Below are positions 19,560 to 29,479 of a DNA stretch of 64,000 bases, in pieces. The notes under the pieces were generated by a model, which saw only the letters and a program-made list of their open reading frames with translations, did no database searches and was not told the origin of the DNA. The position numbers were made by a program, and so were the translations under genes. How positions within the stretch are numbered: the first letter of the stretch is position 1; each line of letters starts with the position of its first letter. This stretch comes from Clostridia bacterium (GTDB taxonomy: Bacteria > Bacillota > Clostridia > Oscillospirales > CAG-272), in contig JAFVQW010000001.1 in the NCBI GenBank assembly GCA_017504605.1, positions 58,845-122,844 of the forward strand, written 5' to 3'.

Positions 19560-20314
19560 TGAATGACGAGAGCGGGCTTTTAGCCAAGCGCTTTCTCGAG
19601 CTCTCGCATAAGAGCGGCTCGGGCGGGTACTATCTTTTTTCCGACTTTCTCGGGCTTGCCGAGCTCTCGGTGCTCGAGGGGGTAAGAGGACGGCTTTACT
19701 CCCCCGTCACGCTCTTCGGCGGGGCGGAGGGCGCCGAGCGTGTAATCGCCGCCTTCGGCGACGAGGAAGAGATTGGCTATCCGCCGCCCTTCCCTATCGT
19801 CTGTATCAAGGCGGAGCCAAAATCGGCTCGCTTTGCCGAGAGGCTCACGCACCGCGATTTTTTAGGTGCGCTTATGAACCTCGGCATCGAGCGCGATACC
19901 CTCGGAGATATTATTATCCGCGAGAGCGTCGGTTATATATTCGCAAGTGAAAAAATCGCACCCTTTATCCTCTCCTCGCTCGCACGGGTGAGGAATACCG
20001 ATATGACTCTCTCGGTTTGCGAGAGCCTTCCCGAGGGGGCGCTCTACACCACCGAGCGCATCACTATACAGATTTCCTCGGAGAGGCTCGATGCGATAAT
20101 TGCACGCGCCTTTCACCTCTCGCGCGAGGCGGCGCAGGCCTACTTCGGGCGCAAGCTCGTGTTCGTCGACGGCAGACTCTGTGAGAGCCCCTCACACTCG
20201 CCCCGCGAGGGACAGACCGTGAGCGTGCGCGGCCTCGGCCGGCTCGTCTGGCACGGCTCGGTCGGGCTTACGAAAAAGGGTAAACTAAACTGTACGCTTG
20301 ACTTATATAAATAA
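19559..20314 (+). CDS. YlmH-like S4-domain RNA-binding protein
   Basis: 251 aa. TGATG overlap with the upstream gene. C-terminal S4-like segment (RLDAIIARAFHLSREAAQAYFGRKLVFVDG). Confidence 0.68.
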   Translation: MNDESGLLAKRFLELSHKSGSGGYYLFSDFLGLAELSVLEGVRGRLYSPVTLFGGAEGAERVIAAFGDEEEIGYPPPFPIVCIKAEPKSARFAERLTHRDFLGALMNLGIERDTLGDIIIRESVGYIFASEKIAPFILSSLARVRNTDMTLSVCESLPEGALYTTERITIQISSERLDAIIARAFHLSREAAQAYFGRKLVFVDGRLCESPSHSPREGQTVSVRGLGRLVWHGSVGLTKKGKLNCTLDLYK

Positions 20315-20348
20315 AAGAACAAGGCAACCTCGCGGTTGCCTTGTTCTT

Positions 20349-21794
20349 TTATTTCAAGTCTTCTATGATGATGTCCGAATGCCTATCCCAGCTGTAGCCT
20401 CCGCGATAGTCGGAGCCGACGGGCGTGTGAATTTTGAAGTCTGCCCGCTCGTTGCCGAAGCTACCCTTCGCCGGCGGGGTTATATTCTCACGCACGGGGA
20501 TAAGTATATCGAGCCGTCTTAAATTCTCGGCTCCCCTCGCCATACCGTTCTCAAGCCGCTCGATATTGGCATCGGCGGGGATAATCAGCACCTCGAGAGC
20601 AGAGCCCGAGAAGGCTCCCGCGGCAATCGAGCGCACCTTAATTCCGTCGGCGCCGAGAGGCACGGTGAGCGTAGTTTGACTCCTTCCCTCCTCGGTGAGG
20701 CCGACTATAACGAGGGCACCCCACTCGTCCTTCTCGTAGGTGAAGTATTTGGCGTTTTCGTCGGTGCCGAGGTAGGCGTTATCGGCACCGGGAAGAGCCG
20801 GCGCCTCGGGCTCCTCGCGCGGGACGACACCCTCGGGTATCGTGTGCGCAAGCTTAATATCTCGGGCGAGGCGCATAGTGCGCACCGTAACACCCGTGTC
20901 GTTTAAATGAAAGTTCGTGTCGTAGAAGTAGCCTGCCTCAAGGATATAGTTATCAATGTCACTGATGAACTCGCAGTCGATATTATCCTTAAGCAGCCCC
21001 ACGAGCGCATCGGTATCGGCACCCGCGGCAACTCCCATCTCGTTTATCGGGCAGAATGAGAAATAAACCGAGGCTCCGCGCCGCTCGGCGTAGCGGATAT
21101 ACCTATTAAGATAATCGGCAAACTCGAAAAACGCATCGCCGTAGCAGGCGGGGTCAAGCTTCACCGAATTTTCGGTATCGGCGTAGCCGTGCATAATATT
21201 CTCGGGGCGGGGGTATTCAATATCTCCGTATTCGTTAAAGCTCGATGAGCTGTACACGCCCTCGGGGCTCGGCTTCGTTTCGGGGTGTCTCATATACCCA
21301 AGCTTATCCTTTGCGAAGCCCCACATATTGCCGAAAAGCTTAAAGAGGTCGCCCGCGGGGAGACTGCCGAGAAGCTCGGGCGAGCCGTCCGCCGCCATAA
21401 GCGTATTCTCGGCACTGAAAAAGAGCGACAGTGTCTCGGGGTCGAGCTCGGGCGCCAATACGATAACGTCACCCTCGCGTATCTCGGGGCGCGAGAGGTC
21501 GAGCATAAGCTTCGTTCCGAGTGCGGCGTATAGGCCGAAATTCACCACGGGCATACCCGTGTATTCCTCAAGAAGCGCGCTGTCGAGGCCAAACGCCACC
21601 GACGAGCCGCCGACGACTATTATCCTATTCCCGTCGGTATTTTTCAGCCTCTCGACCTTATCGTCAAGAGCGCCGACGAAGGAATTGTCATACTGGGCGG
21701 GTGAGAGAAGCGCAAAGAGGCTAATCGAGATAATCGGTAAAAGTATAAGAATTACCGAGAGGAGCGAGAGAATTATAATTTTCGTTTTCTTCAT
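20349..21794 (-). CDS. membrane-anchored DltD/SGNH-like acyl-transfer accessory protein with a C-terminal LRR_5-type repeat
   Basis: 481 aa. N-terminal TM helix, GSS motif (IIVVGGSSVAFG), D-x-x-H motif (DTNFHLNDTG), then an LRR (IKVRSIAAGAFSGSALEVLIIP). Lies 12 nt downstream of the MBOAT gene. Confidence 0.68.
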   Translation of the reverse strand: MKKTKIIILSLLSVILILLPIISISLFALLSPAQYDNSFVGALDDKVERLKNTDGNRIIVVGGSSVAFGLDSALLEEYTGMPVVNFGLYAALGTKLMLDLSRPEIREGDVIVLAPELDPETLSLFFSAENTLMAADGSPELLGSLPAGDLFKLFGNMWGFAKDKLGYMRHPETKPSPEGVYSSSSFNEYGDIEYPRPENIMHGYADTENSVKLDPACYGDAFFEFADYLNRYIRYAERRGASVYFSFCPINEMGVAAGADTDALVGLLKDNIDCEFISDIDNYILEAGYFYDTNFHLNDTGVTVRTMRLARDIKLAHTIPEGVVPREEPEAPALPGADNAYLGTDENAKYFTYEKDEWGALVIVGLTEEGRSQTTLTVPLGADGIKVRSIAAGAFSGSALEVLIIPADANIERLENGMARGAENLRRLDILIPVRENITPPAKGSFGNERADFKIHTPVGSDYRGGYSWDRHSDIIIEDLK

Positions 21795-21806
21795 TTTCCC
21801 ACCCCC

Positions 21807-23255
21807 TTAAAACCTGAAGTATATGAAGGCGCTCTCCATACCGCGTGAGAGAAGGAGCGCCCAAGCCGCAATAACGACCCATATATAATTGACGAATACC
21901 CCGTGGCGAAGAGGCGAGCTCTCTGCCCCGTCGCTCGCAGGGAGCATACGGTCGAGCATAAAGAGAATGGCGAGGGTAAGAGCCAGGCTCGCTATGCCGA
22001 CGGGGTCGAGCCCCATCTCTGAGAGTGCCGCACCGATGGCACCCCACCCAACGAAAAGGCGGGAGAGGAGAGTTGTCGCATCGGAGAGCGAGCCCGCGCG
22101 GAAGAACACCCAGGCAATACAGACGAGAATAAAGGTAAGCGTGCGGCGCACCGCCGTGACGGCGGGGGCCGTCGGGCTCTTACCGAGCCGCTCGACGAGG
22201 CGGTTTCTCGCGGGGAGCGTGAGCGTGCCGAGCACCTGATATACGCCGTGGAGCGCACCCCATACGACGAAGGTCCAGGCCGCACCGTGCCACAGGCCCG
22301 ACACGAGAAATACTACCATTATGTTAAAGGCGTAGCGCGGCTTTGACACACGGTTGCCGCCGAGGGGTATGTAGAGATAGTCGCGGAACCAGGTCGAGAG
22401 CGAGATGTGCCAGCGCGACCAGAATTCCTTGACGGTGGTAGCAAGATAGGGGTGGTTGAAGTTCTTCATCAGGCGTATGCCCATAATCCTCGCCGCACCC
22501 GTCGCAATATCGGTATAGCCCGAGAAGTCGCAGTATATCTGTACGGCAAAGAGCGCCGTCGCGAGCACGACCATAGGGCCGGTCGCTCCCTCGGGAGAGG
22601 AGTACACCGCAGTTACGTATATCGAGAGTATATCGGCAACGCAAATCTTCTTGAAGAAGCCGAGGAGCATAATCTCGCCGCCGCGGATAAAATTCTCACG
22701 GGTGGGCCTATGCGCCTCACGAAGCTGGGGAATGAGGTTGCCGGGGCGCTCAATGGGTCCCGCAACAAGCTGGGGGAAGAAGGAGACGAAGAGCGCGTAA
22801 AAGAAGAAGTTCTTTTCGCACACGACCTTGCCGCGATAAACGTCGATAACGTAGGAAAGCGTTTGGAAGGTGTAGAAGGAAATTCCGACGGGGAGAATCA
22901 AATTAAGCGACACGGGGTCGGCGCTGACACCGAAAAGGCCGAGTGCCGCAAAGACGCTCTCCGAGAGAAAATCGAAGTATTTATAGAAGAAGAGCACTCC
23001 GAGAGATACGGTGAGGGTAAGCGCAAGGAAGAGCTTACGGACCGCGGGGCGCCGCGAGCGCTCAATAACACCCGCCGAGAGCCAGGAGACGAGGGTCGTG
23101 CCGAAAATAAGCAGCACGAGCTCGGGCTGGGTGTACATATAGAAGAAATAGCTCGCGATAAGGAGCATAACCCACTTGCTCGCCCGAGGGAGAATATAGT
23201 AAAGGAGAGCAACTACGGGATAAAAAATTAAAAATTCAAAGGAGTTAAAGGTCAC
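21807..23255 (-). CDS. MBOAT-family O-acyltransferase (AlgI/DltB-like)
   Basis: Start trimmed to GTG 23255 (VTFNSFEFLIFYP...) behind a GAGGAGGG RBS. The conserved His region is RWHISLSTWFRDYLYIPLGG...WHG. The GTGA overlaps the upstream small ORF stop. Confidence 0.88.
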   Translation of the reverse strand: MTFNSFEFLIFYPVVALLYYILPRASKWVMLLIASYFFYMYTQPELVLLIFGTTLVSWLSAGVIERSRRPAVRKLFLALTLTVSLGVLFFYKYFDFLSESVFAALGLFGVSADPVSLNLILPVGISFYTFQTLSYVIDVYRGKVVCEKNFFFYALFVSFFPQLVAGPIERPGNLIPQLREAHRPTRENFIRGGEIMLLGFFKKICVADILSIYVTAVYSSPEGATGPMVVLATALFAVQIYCDFSGYTDIATGAARIMGIRLMKNFNHPYLATTVKEFWSRWHISLSTWFRDYLYIPLGGNRVSKPRYAFNIMVVFLVSGLWHGAAWTFVVWGALHGVYQVLGTLTLPARNRLVERLGKSPTAPAVTAVRRTLTFILVCIAWVFFRAGSLSDATTLLSRLFVGWGAIGAALSEMGLDPVGIASLALTLAILFMLDRMLPASDGAESSPLRHGVFVNYIWVVIAAWALLLSRGMESAFIYFRF

Positions 23256-23506
23256 GTGCCCGCCCTCCTCGAGAAGATATAGGCGGCAAGCGTGTAGCAA
23301 AATCCAACGAAGAGCAGTGACAAAAGCACCCACTCAAGCTCCCCGCCCGCGAGAAAGAGCATCACGAGCATGGGGATATGCAGCACCGCCGAGAGCGCCT
23401 TCATAAGCCGCCCGCCGCGAAGGACGAATACTCCGAGTGCCGCGAAAAGCGAGCACAAAAGGAGCAGTGCGATATATACGTAAAAATATACGCTCCGAAA
23501 ATCCAT
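23252..23506 (-). CDS. small 3-TM membrane protein translationally coupled to the MBOAT
   Basis: 84 aa, almost entirely hydrophobic. Its stop TGA overlaps the MBOAT GTG start, and its ATG lies 1 nt after the upstream gene stop. Confidence 0.6.
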   Translation of the reverse strand: MDFRSVYFYVYIALLLLCSLFAALGVFVLRGGRLMKALSAVLHIPMLVMLFLAGGELEWVLLSLLFVGFCYTLAAYIFSRRAGT

Positions 23507-23507
23507 A

Positions 23508-25820
23508 TTAATCCTCCGGGGTAAAGGTTACGTCGGGCAGGCCGCTCGTGCCCTCGAATATACAGCCGTCAAAGCCCACGCCGAGCTCGGTAAAGCCCAA
23601 AATATCCTCCTCCGAGATTCCGAGAATCGCGGCAAGGTCAAGATAGATGCGGTAGGTGCGATAGGCTCTGCCGATATCATTTAAGTGGAAGGCGTTATCG
23701 TAGAAATATTTGTGGGCGAATATTGCGCTCACGGCTTTGCCGAGCGTACCGTCGAAGTCGAAGGTGTCCAATATGAGCGCATCGTACGCCGAAATCCATT
23801 CAAGGCTCCGAGCAGCATCGACGAGCTTATCGGCATCGACGGGGCAGAAGGCGAAATAGACGAGCGCTCCGCTCGATTTCGCGCTCGCTATGGCGCGGTT
23901 CATATTACTCCTAAAATCCTCGTCGGTAAAGGAGCACCAGGTTATATTTTCGGGGTCGGTGTAGTCCTTATTCTGCTCCTGAAAATTCGCATCGTCCCAC
24001 GTTCCCTCGTGCTTTGACTTTATACGCTCGTTGAGAGTTATATAATAGACGTCATCGTACTTACTCGAGAGCCCGCCGCGGTCGCTCGCTAAGAAGTCGC
24101 CGTATTTATTCATCGCGCTCACCTCGCAGATGCTCTCGTAGGTGGTGGGGCTCGCCTTATATCTGTAGCTTTGGTTGTAATCGGTAAAGGCGCCGAAGAA
24201 ATTGGTATACTCTGTCATATCGATATAGCGGTAGAGATTAACCATTCCCTCCATATCGCGAAGCGTCTTCCAATAGAGCTCGCGCTCGCCGAACATATAG
24301 GAGCTGTTCTCGGGCGCGTAGAGAATTATATCGCCCTCGTGTGCAAAATGCTTCATAGCCTCAAGGTAAATGAAGCCGTGGGTTGTCCTCGTCGTGCCGA
24401 AGTTTATCACTCGGTAGTCGTCAAGGAGCGCCTCAAGATACTCGGTGCCAAGTCCCTGATAAACCGACGAGCCACCTATAACTATAACTCGGTTCTCGTC
24501 AGCCGATGCCATAAGGCGCGAGAGCTTCGCGGCGAAGAAGCCAAAGCTCTTAGTGTGGCGGGGTGCGAGGGTCGCGTTTACGAAAATATCGGTAAGACCC
24601 GAGGCAGACACCGCATCGAGCGCCGCATTACTCATACTGTACATGCTGTCGGGGAAGTACATTCTTCTTAGGCTCTCGCAGCCGACGAAGGCGCCGTCCT
24701 CGACGGTATGGATAAATCTGTTCAAAATCACCGTTTCGAAGTCGCAACCGACAAAGGCTCCCGCACCTATCGCGATAACCGTCCTGCCGTTTATCTTCTC
24801 GGGGATTGTAAGAATGCTATCCGAACCCGTGTAGCCGACGATTTTAAGTCCGCTCTCGACCCAGTGCGGTGCATACTCCTCGGTCGCGGGCCGCTCAATG
24901 CTCACCTTTTCGGTCACAAAGAGAGAATGCTCGGTATCGGGGCTCCATATACAGTAGAGGGTCGGAGTTTTATCGTCCACGGGCTTAAGAGAAATCTTCG
25001 AGCCGAGGCTATAGCCCTCACCCGTGCCGTCGGGGCGCGTGTTGTATTCCGTGAGAACGTAGCCCTCGCGGGTGAAGCTGCCGTCGTCGTAGAAGAGCGA
25101 GCCGCACTCTATATACGAGAGATACTTCGCCGAATAGGTGACGGTAACCTCGTCGCCCTTCACCGATACCGTGCTGTAGCTATTGCCCGAAATATTGGTG
25201 CTCTCCGTATTAACACTGCCGCCGTTGAGATTATATATCAGCTTATTGCTGTCCTGATAGACGGAATAGAGGTTATACGCACCGTTTTTATCGGTAACGT
25301 CCTCGGTGAGACGGAAGGTGAAAATCCTCTCGCGAGAGACGTACTCCCCGCGCACGCGCCAGCCGACGAAGGCTCGGCTCATATCCTTCGCCTCAACGGT
25401 GATAAGAGTTCCCGCGGGAATTTCAAGGCTTGGTACGACACTGCTCGTGTCGAGATTTGAGCCGCGGTTGAAGATAAACTTCAGCATTTTAGAGGGGTCT
25501 ACGTCGCTCTTCTCGGCAACTATATCCACCATAGTATTTTTCGTGACGGCGGGAACGGTAACCGTGCCGCTGAGCTGGTCGAAGGTGGCTCCGCCGACCG
25601 AGGAGAATATATACCCCTCGTCAAAGGCAACCGAAAAGGAGGCGCTCTCGCCCTCACGGACGTACACGGGGTTCTCGCTTAAAACTCGCACGCCCTCGCC
25701 ATAGGAGAGCATAACCTTATATTCGGCGGGCTCCTCACCCTTACAGGATACGAGGGTCAGGGCCGCTAAAGCGAAAGCAAAAAGCAAGAGCAACACTCGC
25801 ATTCCCTTTTTCATAAGCAC
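23508..25820 (-). CDS. lipoprotein with Ig-like, LRR_5-type and DltD/SGNH-like domains
   Basis: 770 aa. Lipobox (LTLVSCKGE). Central LRR (TVIAIGAGAFVGCDFETVILNRFIHTVEDGAFVGCESLRRMYFP). The C-terminal half is paralogous to 20349-21794 (VIVIGGSSVYQG ... DNAFHLNDIG). Confidence 0.7.
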   Translation of the reverse strand: MLMKKGMRVLLLLFAFALAALTLVSCKGEEPAEYKVMLSYGEGVRVLSENPVYVREGESASFSVAFDEGYIFSSVGGATFDQLSGTVTVPAVTKNTMVDIVAEKSDVDPSKMLKFIFNRGSNLDTSSVVPSLEIPAGTLITVEAKDMSRAFVGWRVRGEYVSRERIFTFRLTEDVTDKNGAYNLYSVYQDSNKLIYNLNGGSVNTESTNISGNSYSTVSVKGDEVTVTYSAKYLSYIECGSLFYDDGSFTREGYVLTEYNTRPDGTGEGYSLGSKISLKPVDDKTPTLYCIWSPDTEHSLFVTEKVSIERPATEEYAPHWVESGLKIVGYTGSDSILTIPEKINGRTVIAIGAGAFVGCDFETVILNRFIHTVEDGAFVGCESLRRMYFPDSMYSMSNAALDAVSASGLTDIFVNATLAPRHTKSFGFFAAKLSRLMASADENRVIVIGGSSVYQGLGTEYLEALLDDYRVINFGTTRTTHGFIYLEAMKHFAHEGDIILYAPENSSYMFGERELYWKTLRDMEGMVNLYRYIDMTEYTNFFGAFTDYNQSYRYKASPTTYESICEVSAMNKYGDFLASDRGGLSSKYDDVYYITLNERIKSKHEGTWDDANFQEQNKDYTDPENITWCSFTDEDFRSNMNRAIASAKSSGALVYFAFCPVDADKLVDAARSLEWISAYDALILDTFDFDGTLGKAVSAIFAHKYFYDNAFHLNDIGRAYRTYRIYLDLAAILGISEEDILGFTELGVGFDGCIFEGTSGLPDVTFTPED

Positions 25821-25885
25821 CTCCGTGTTTTTTTGAATAAATGTAAATAATTGTTTTCTTTTTTAAAGTAAAAACAGACACGCCC

Positions 25886-26368
25886 CTACTCGTAGTCAAG
25901 ATACGCGCTGCCCGCTATCTCGATAAACTCAGCCTCGTAATCGGAGAAAACCACGCTCTCGGTAACGAAGGTAACGACGAAATAGGCATAGCGCGTTCTG
26001 TAAAACGAGGTGAGATAGGAATAAGGTATCTCCTCGCCCTCCTCGTAAACGATATAGGGAGCGTCGCCCGAGAATTTAATCTCGCACTCGCTCTTCCCTA
26101 TCCTGTTTTTATAGTATTTTGCAAACCCCTCGGGCGAATATGTCTCGACGATGCCGTCGTCTATCGCCGCCTGGAAGGAGAGGCGTATAATTCCTATAAC
26201 CGCGACGCCGTCGCTGTAGGCGGCATCGAAGGTGTCCTCGGTATTCTTCTCCCGGTAGGTGTCGGGAATTTCAAGGCCGAGCTCGAGATAGCCGCGCTTA
26301 TCCCTACAGGCCGAGAGCATAACAAGCGAGGAAAAAATCAGAAAAAATGAGATTATCCTCTTAATCAT
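25886..26368 (-). CDS. putative lipoprotein, unknown function
   Basis: 160 aa. Signal peptide with lipobox (LVMLSACRD). 4-nt overlap with the upstream HAD gene. Confidence 0.55.
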   Translation of the reverse strand: MIKRIISFFLIFSSLVMLSACRDKRGYLELGLEIPDTYREKNTEDTFDAAYSDGVAVIGIIRLSFQAAIDDGIVETYSPEGFAKYYKNRIGKSECEIKFSGDAPYIVYEEGEEIPYSYLTSFYRTRYAYFVVTFVTESVVFSDYEAEFIEIAGSAYLDYE

Positions 26369-27021
26369 TGAAGCACCTCGGATATAAGCTCGGCGGGCTC
26401 GGAAATAACTCTGTCAGCCCCCGCCGCCGCGAGCTCGTCCTCGGTACGGAAGCCCCAGAGCACGCCGACCGCGAGCGCGGCCCCCATATTCTTCGCCGTC
26501 AGAATATCAACCGAGGTGTCGCCTATGAAGGCAACCTCGGTGGGCGAAGCGCCCATTTCCCCCGCGAGCGAGAGCGCCGCGGTGGGCTCGGGCTTAAGCG
26601 GTACACCCTCCCTCGCGCCGAGAACGAAATCGAACTCACCGTCAAAGAAGCGCTCTATCACCTGAACGGTAGCCGAGTGCGGCTTGTTCGAGAGAACGCC
26701 GAGGCGAATTCCCGCGCGGCGAAGCTCGGCCACCGTCTCGGTAATACCGGGATATACCCGAGTGAGGTGGTAGGGGTCGGAGTCGTACGCCGCCGAATAT
26801 TTCCTCAGCACGCGTTCGGCGTAATCCGTATCGGTTATTCCGCGCGAGGCAAGAGCGCGGCGTATGAGCAGTCGCGCGCCGTCACCAACGAATATTTTAC
26901 ACTCCTGCTCCGTAATGGGCTCGACACCCTCTCCGACAAGCGTGAGGTTTACGTAATAGGTTATAGTCGAAATGGTATCAAGCAGTGTCCCGTCAAGGTC
27001 GAAAATACACGCTTTTATCAT
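26365..27021 (-). CDS. HAD-family phosphatase (phosphoglycolate phosphatase/PpaX-like)
   Basis: 218 aa with motifs CIFDLDGTLLDT, LSNK and FIGDTSVD. Confidence 0.8.
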   Translation of the reverse strand: MIKACIFDLDGTLLDTISTITYYVNLTLVGEGVEPITEQECKIFVGDGARLLIRRALASRGITDTDYAERVLRKYSAAYDSDPYHLTRVYPGITETVAELRRAGIRLGVLSNKPHSATVQVIERFFDGEFDFVLGAREGVPLKPEPTAALSLAGEMGASPTEVAFIGDTSVDILTAKNMGAALAVGVLWGFRTEDELAAAGADRVISEPAELISEVLQ

Positions 27022-27076
27022 ATTTTACTCCATTAAAGGCCGACCGTGATCGGTTTTTTCTTTGTTTTGTCACATT

Positions 27077-29479
27077 TTAAAGCCTTTTCAGCTTTGCAAA
27101 GGTTGCCATCAGCTTCTTCGTCTGACCGTTATCGAAGCTGACCTCGTAGAGCACGTCGCCGCCCATATCGCGCGCCGAGACTATCCTGCCCGTGCCGAAG
27201 GTGGCGTGCACAACGCGCGCCCCGACGGGAAGCCGCTCCACGCCGAAGCTCGCCGCACCGCTGCGCTTAGCAGTCGAAATCTCGGGCGCACGGCGAAGCT
27301 CGGTATAGCCGCTCCGCGGCGCACTGTCGGTGCGGTACGCGCTCCTCGATGCGCTATAGCCGTCTCTGCTATAGCCGCGAGGCATATCGCGGTAAATAAG
27401 CTCGTCGGGCAGCTCGCATCTGACGAACGAGGACAGTGTCCCGTACATCGTTCGGCCGTACATCATACGGTTCTTCGCATAGGTAATGAAAAGCCGCTCC
27501 TTTGCCCTCGTTATCGCAACGTAGGCGAGGCGGCGCTCCTCTGCGAGCTCTGCCTTATCCATACGGTTCTGCTCCGAGGGGAAGATGCCGTCCTCCATTC
27601 CCGCGAGGAATACCACGGGGAATTCAAGGCCCTTCGCCGAGTGGACGGTCATAAGCACCACCGCATCGGCCGTGTCGTCGTATTTATCAACGTCGCTGAC
27701 GAGTGAGATTTCCTCAAGGAAGCCGAAGAGCGTGGGCTCCTCCTCGAGCTCCTCCATTCGCCGCTCGTATTCCACGGCGGCCGATATAAGCTCGTTTATA
27801 TTTTCTATCTTGGTCTCGCCCTCGAAGCCCTCTGCGACGAGCATTTCGCGGTAGCCCGTACGCTCGAAGAGCTCTCCTATTATGGCCGAGGGCATTTTCT
27901 CGTTCTCGCGTATTCCCTCGATAACCGAGACGAACTCACGAAGCCTGTCTGCGCTGCGCGCGAGAACGGGGTACTCGTCCACGCGCTCCATTACGGTATA
28001 CATAGAGAGCCCCATCGAGTTTCCTATCGCCTCGATTGCCTCAACCGTCGCCGCGCCTATCTTACGCTTCGGCTCGTTTATAATTCTCTTAAGGCGCAGG
28101 TTGTCGCCCGTAGATGCAACGACCGAGAGATAGGCAATCATATCCTTAATCTCCTTGCGGTCGTAGAAGCGCATATCGCCTATAACGCGATAGGGTATTC
28201 CGCTCTTTGAGAAGGCCGACTGAAGCGAGCGCCCGAGCGCGTTTACGCGGTAGAGCACGGCAAAATCCGAATATCTACGCCCCGCGGCCACCTCTGATAC
28301 TATTTTCGACACTATGTATCTGCCCTCGTCGTTCTGGTCGGCACTCTCTCTTACGGTAATCTTCTCACCTGCGCCCTTCTTCGACCAGAGCTTCTTCTCG
28401 TGTCTGTTATCATTATTATTAATAACCGCGTTCGCCGCGGCAAGTATGTTACCCGTCGAGCGATAATTCTGCTCGAGCTTGATAACCGTGGCATCGGGGT
28501 AGAGCTTATCAAAATTAAGTATGTTCTCCACCGTCGCGCCTCGGAAGCGGTATATGCTCTGGTCGTCGTCGCCGACTACCATTATATTCCTCGTGCCGTC
28601 GGAGAGCAGCTTCGTAAGCACGAACTGAGCATAGTTCGTGTCCTGATACTCGTCGACGAGCACGTATTTGAATTTTCTTTGATAATACTCGCGAACCTCG
28701 GTGTCGCTCTCGAGAAGCTCAACCGTCTTCATTATTATATCGTCGAAGTCTACGGCGTTATTCTGCATAAGCTTCTTCTGATATAATTCGTATATTCTCT
28801 TTATATCGCGGCTGCGCGGGTCGCTCGAAATACTGTAATCCTCGGCCGAGACAAGCTCGTCCTTAGCCATACTGATAGCGCCCGCAACCGCCTTCGGCGC
28901 GAGCCGCTTCTCGTCAATCTCGAGCTCCTCCATGCACTGAGTGATAAGGCGCTTCGAGTCGTCGGTGTCGTAGATTGAAAAGGCCTCTCTGTAGCCGAGC
29001 CTGTCTCCGTATTTACGGAGTATGCGCACGCATACCGAGTGGAAGGTTCCCGCCCATATGCTTTCTGCTACCGACTTATCGGAGAAGGCGCGCTCGAGCC
29101 TGTCCTTTATCTCCCGTGCGGCCTTGTTCGTAAAGGTGATAGCGAGCACGCTCCAGGGCGAGACGGGCTCCGAGGCGAGGTCGGACAAAATGCCCTCGAG
29201 GTCCTCGGGCTGAAGAGCCGTCGCCGAGCGGAGCGCGTTAACCGCATCGGGATTTATCCCCTCGGGGAGCGTATCGTCAAAGTATGCATTTCCGTATTTT
29301 ATGAGAAAGACTATTCTGTTAACGAGCACCGTGGTTTTCCCGCTTCCCGCACCCGCAAGCACGAGGAGCGGGCCGTTAACGGTGAAAACCGCCCGTCTTT
29401 GCTCGGGATTTAAGCGAGCACTGTACAGCTTGTCAAAAAGCTGCCTCTTTACAGCCGAAAATTCTGTCAATATATCCAT
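27077..29479 (-). CDS. pcrA: ATP-dependent DNA helicase PcrA/UvrD
   Basis: 800 aa. Superfamily-1 motifs AGAGSGKTTVL, VDEYQDTN, TVHSAKGLEF and VAITRAK, plus a C-terminal Tudor-like tail. Confidence 0.93.
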   Translation of the reverse strand: MDILTEFSAVKRQLFDKLYSARLNPEQRRAVFTVNGPLLVLAGAGSGKTTVLVNRIVFLIKYGNAYFDDTLPEGINPDAVNALRSATALQPEDLEGILSDLASEPVSPWSVLAITFTNKAAREIKDRLERAFSDKSVAESIWAGTFHSVCVRILRKYGDRLGYREAFSIYDTDDSKRLITQCMEELEIDEKRLAPKAVAGAISMAKDELVSAEDYSISSDPRSRDIKRIYELYQKKLMQNNAVDFDDIIMKTVELLESDTEVREYYQRKFKYVLVDEYQDTNYAQFVLTKLLSDGTRNIMVVGDDDQSIYRFRGATVENILNFDKLYPDATVIKLEQNYRSTGNILAAANAVINNNDNRHEKKLWSKKGAGEKITVRESADQNDEGRYIVSKIVSEVAAGRRYSDFAVLYRVNALGRSLQSAFSKSGIPYRVIGDMRFYDRKEIKDMIAYLSVVASTGDNLRLKRIINEPKRKIGAATVEAIEAIGNSMGLSMYTVMERVDEYPVLARSADRLREFVSVIEGIRENEKMPSAIIGELFERTGYREMLVAEGFEGETKIENINELISAAVEYERRMEELEEEPTLFGFLEEISLVSDVDKYDDTADAVVLMTVHSAKGLEFPVVFLAGMEDGIFPSEQNRMDKAELAEERRLAYVAITRAKERLFITYAKNRMMYGRTMYGTLSSFVRCELPDELIYRDMPRGYSRDGYSASRSAYRTDSAPRSGYTELRRAPEISTAKRSGAASFGVERLPVGARVVHATFGTGRIVSARDMGGDVLYEVSFDNGQTKKLMATFAKLKRL

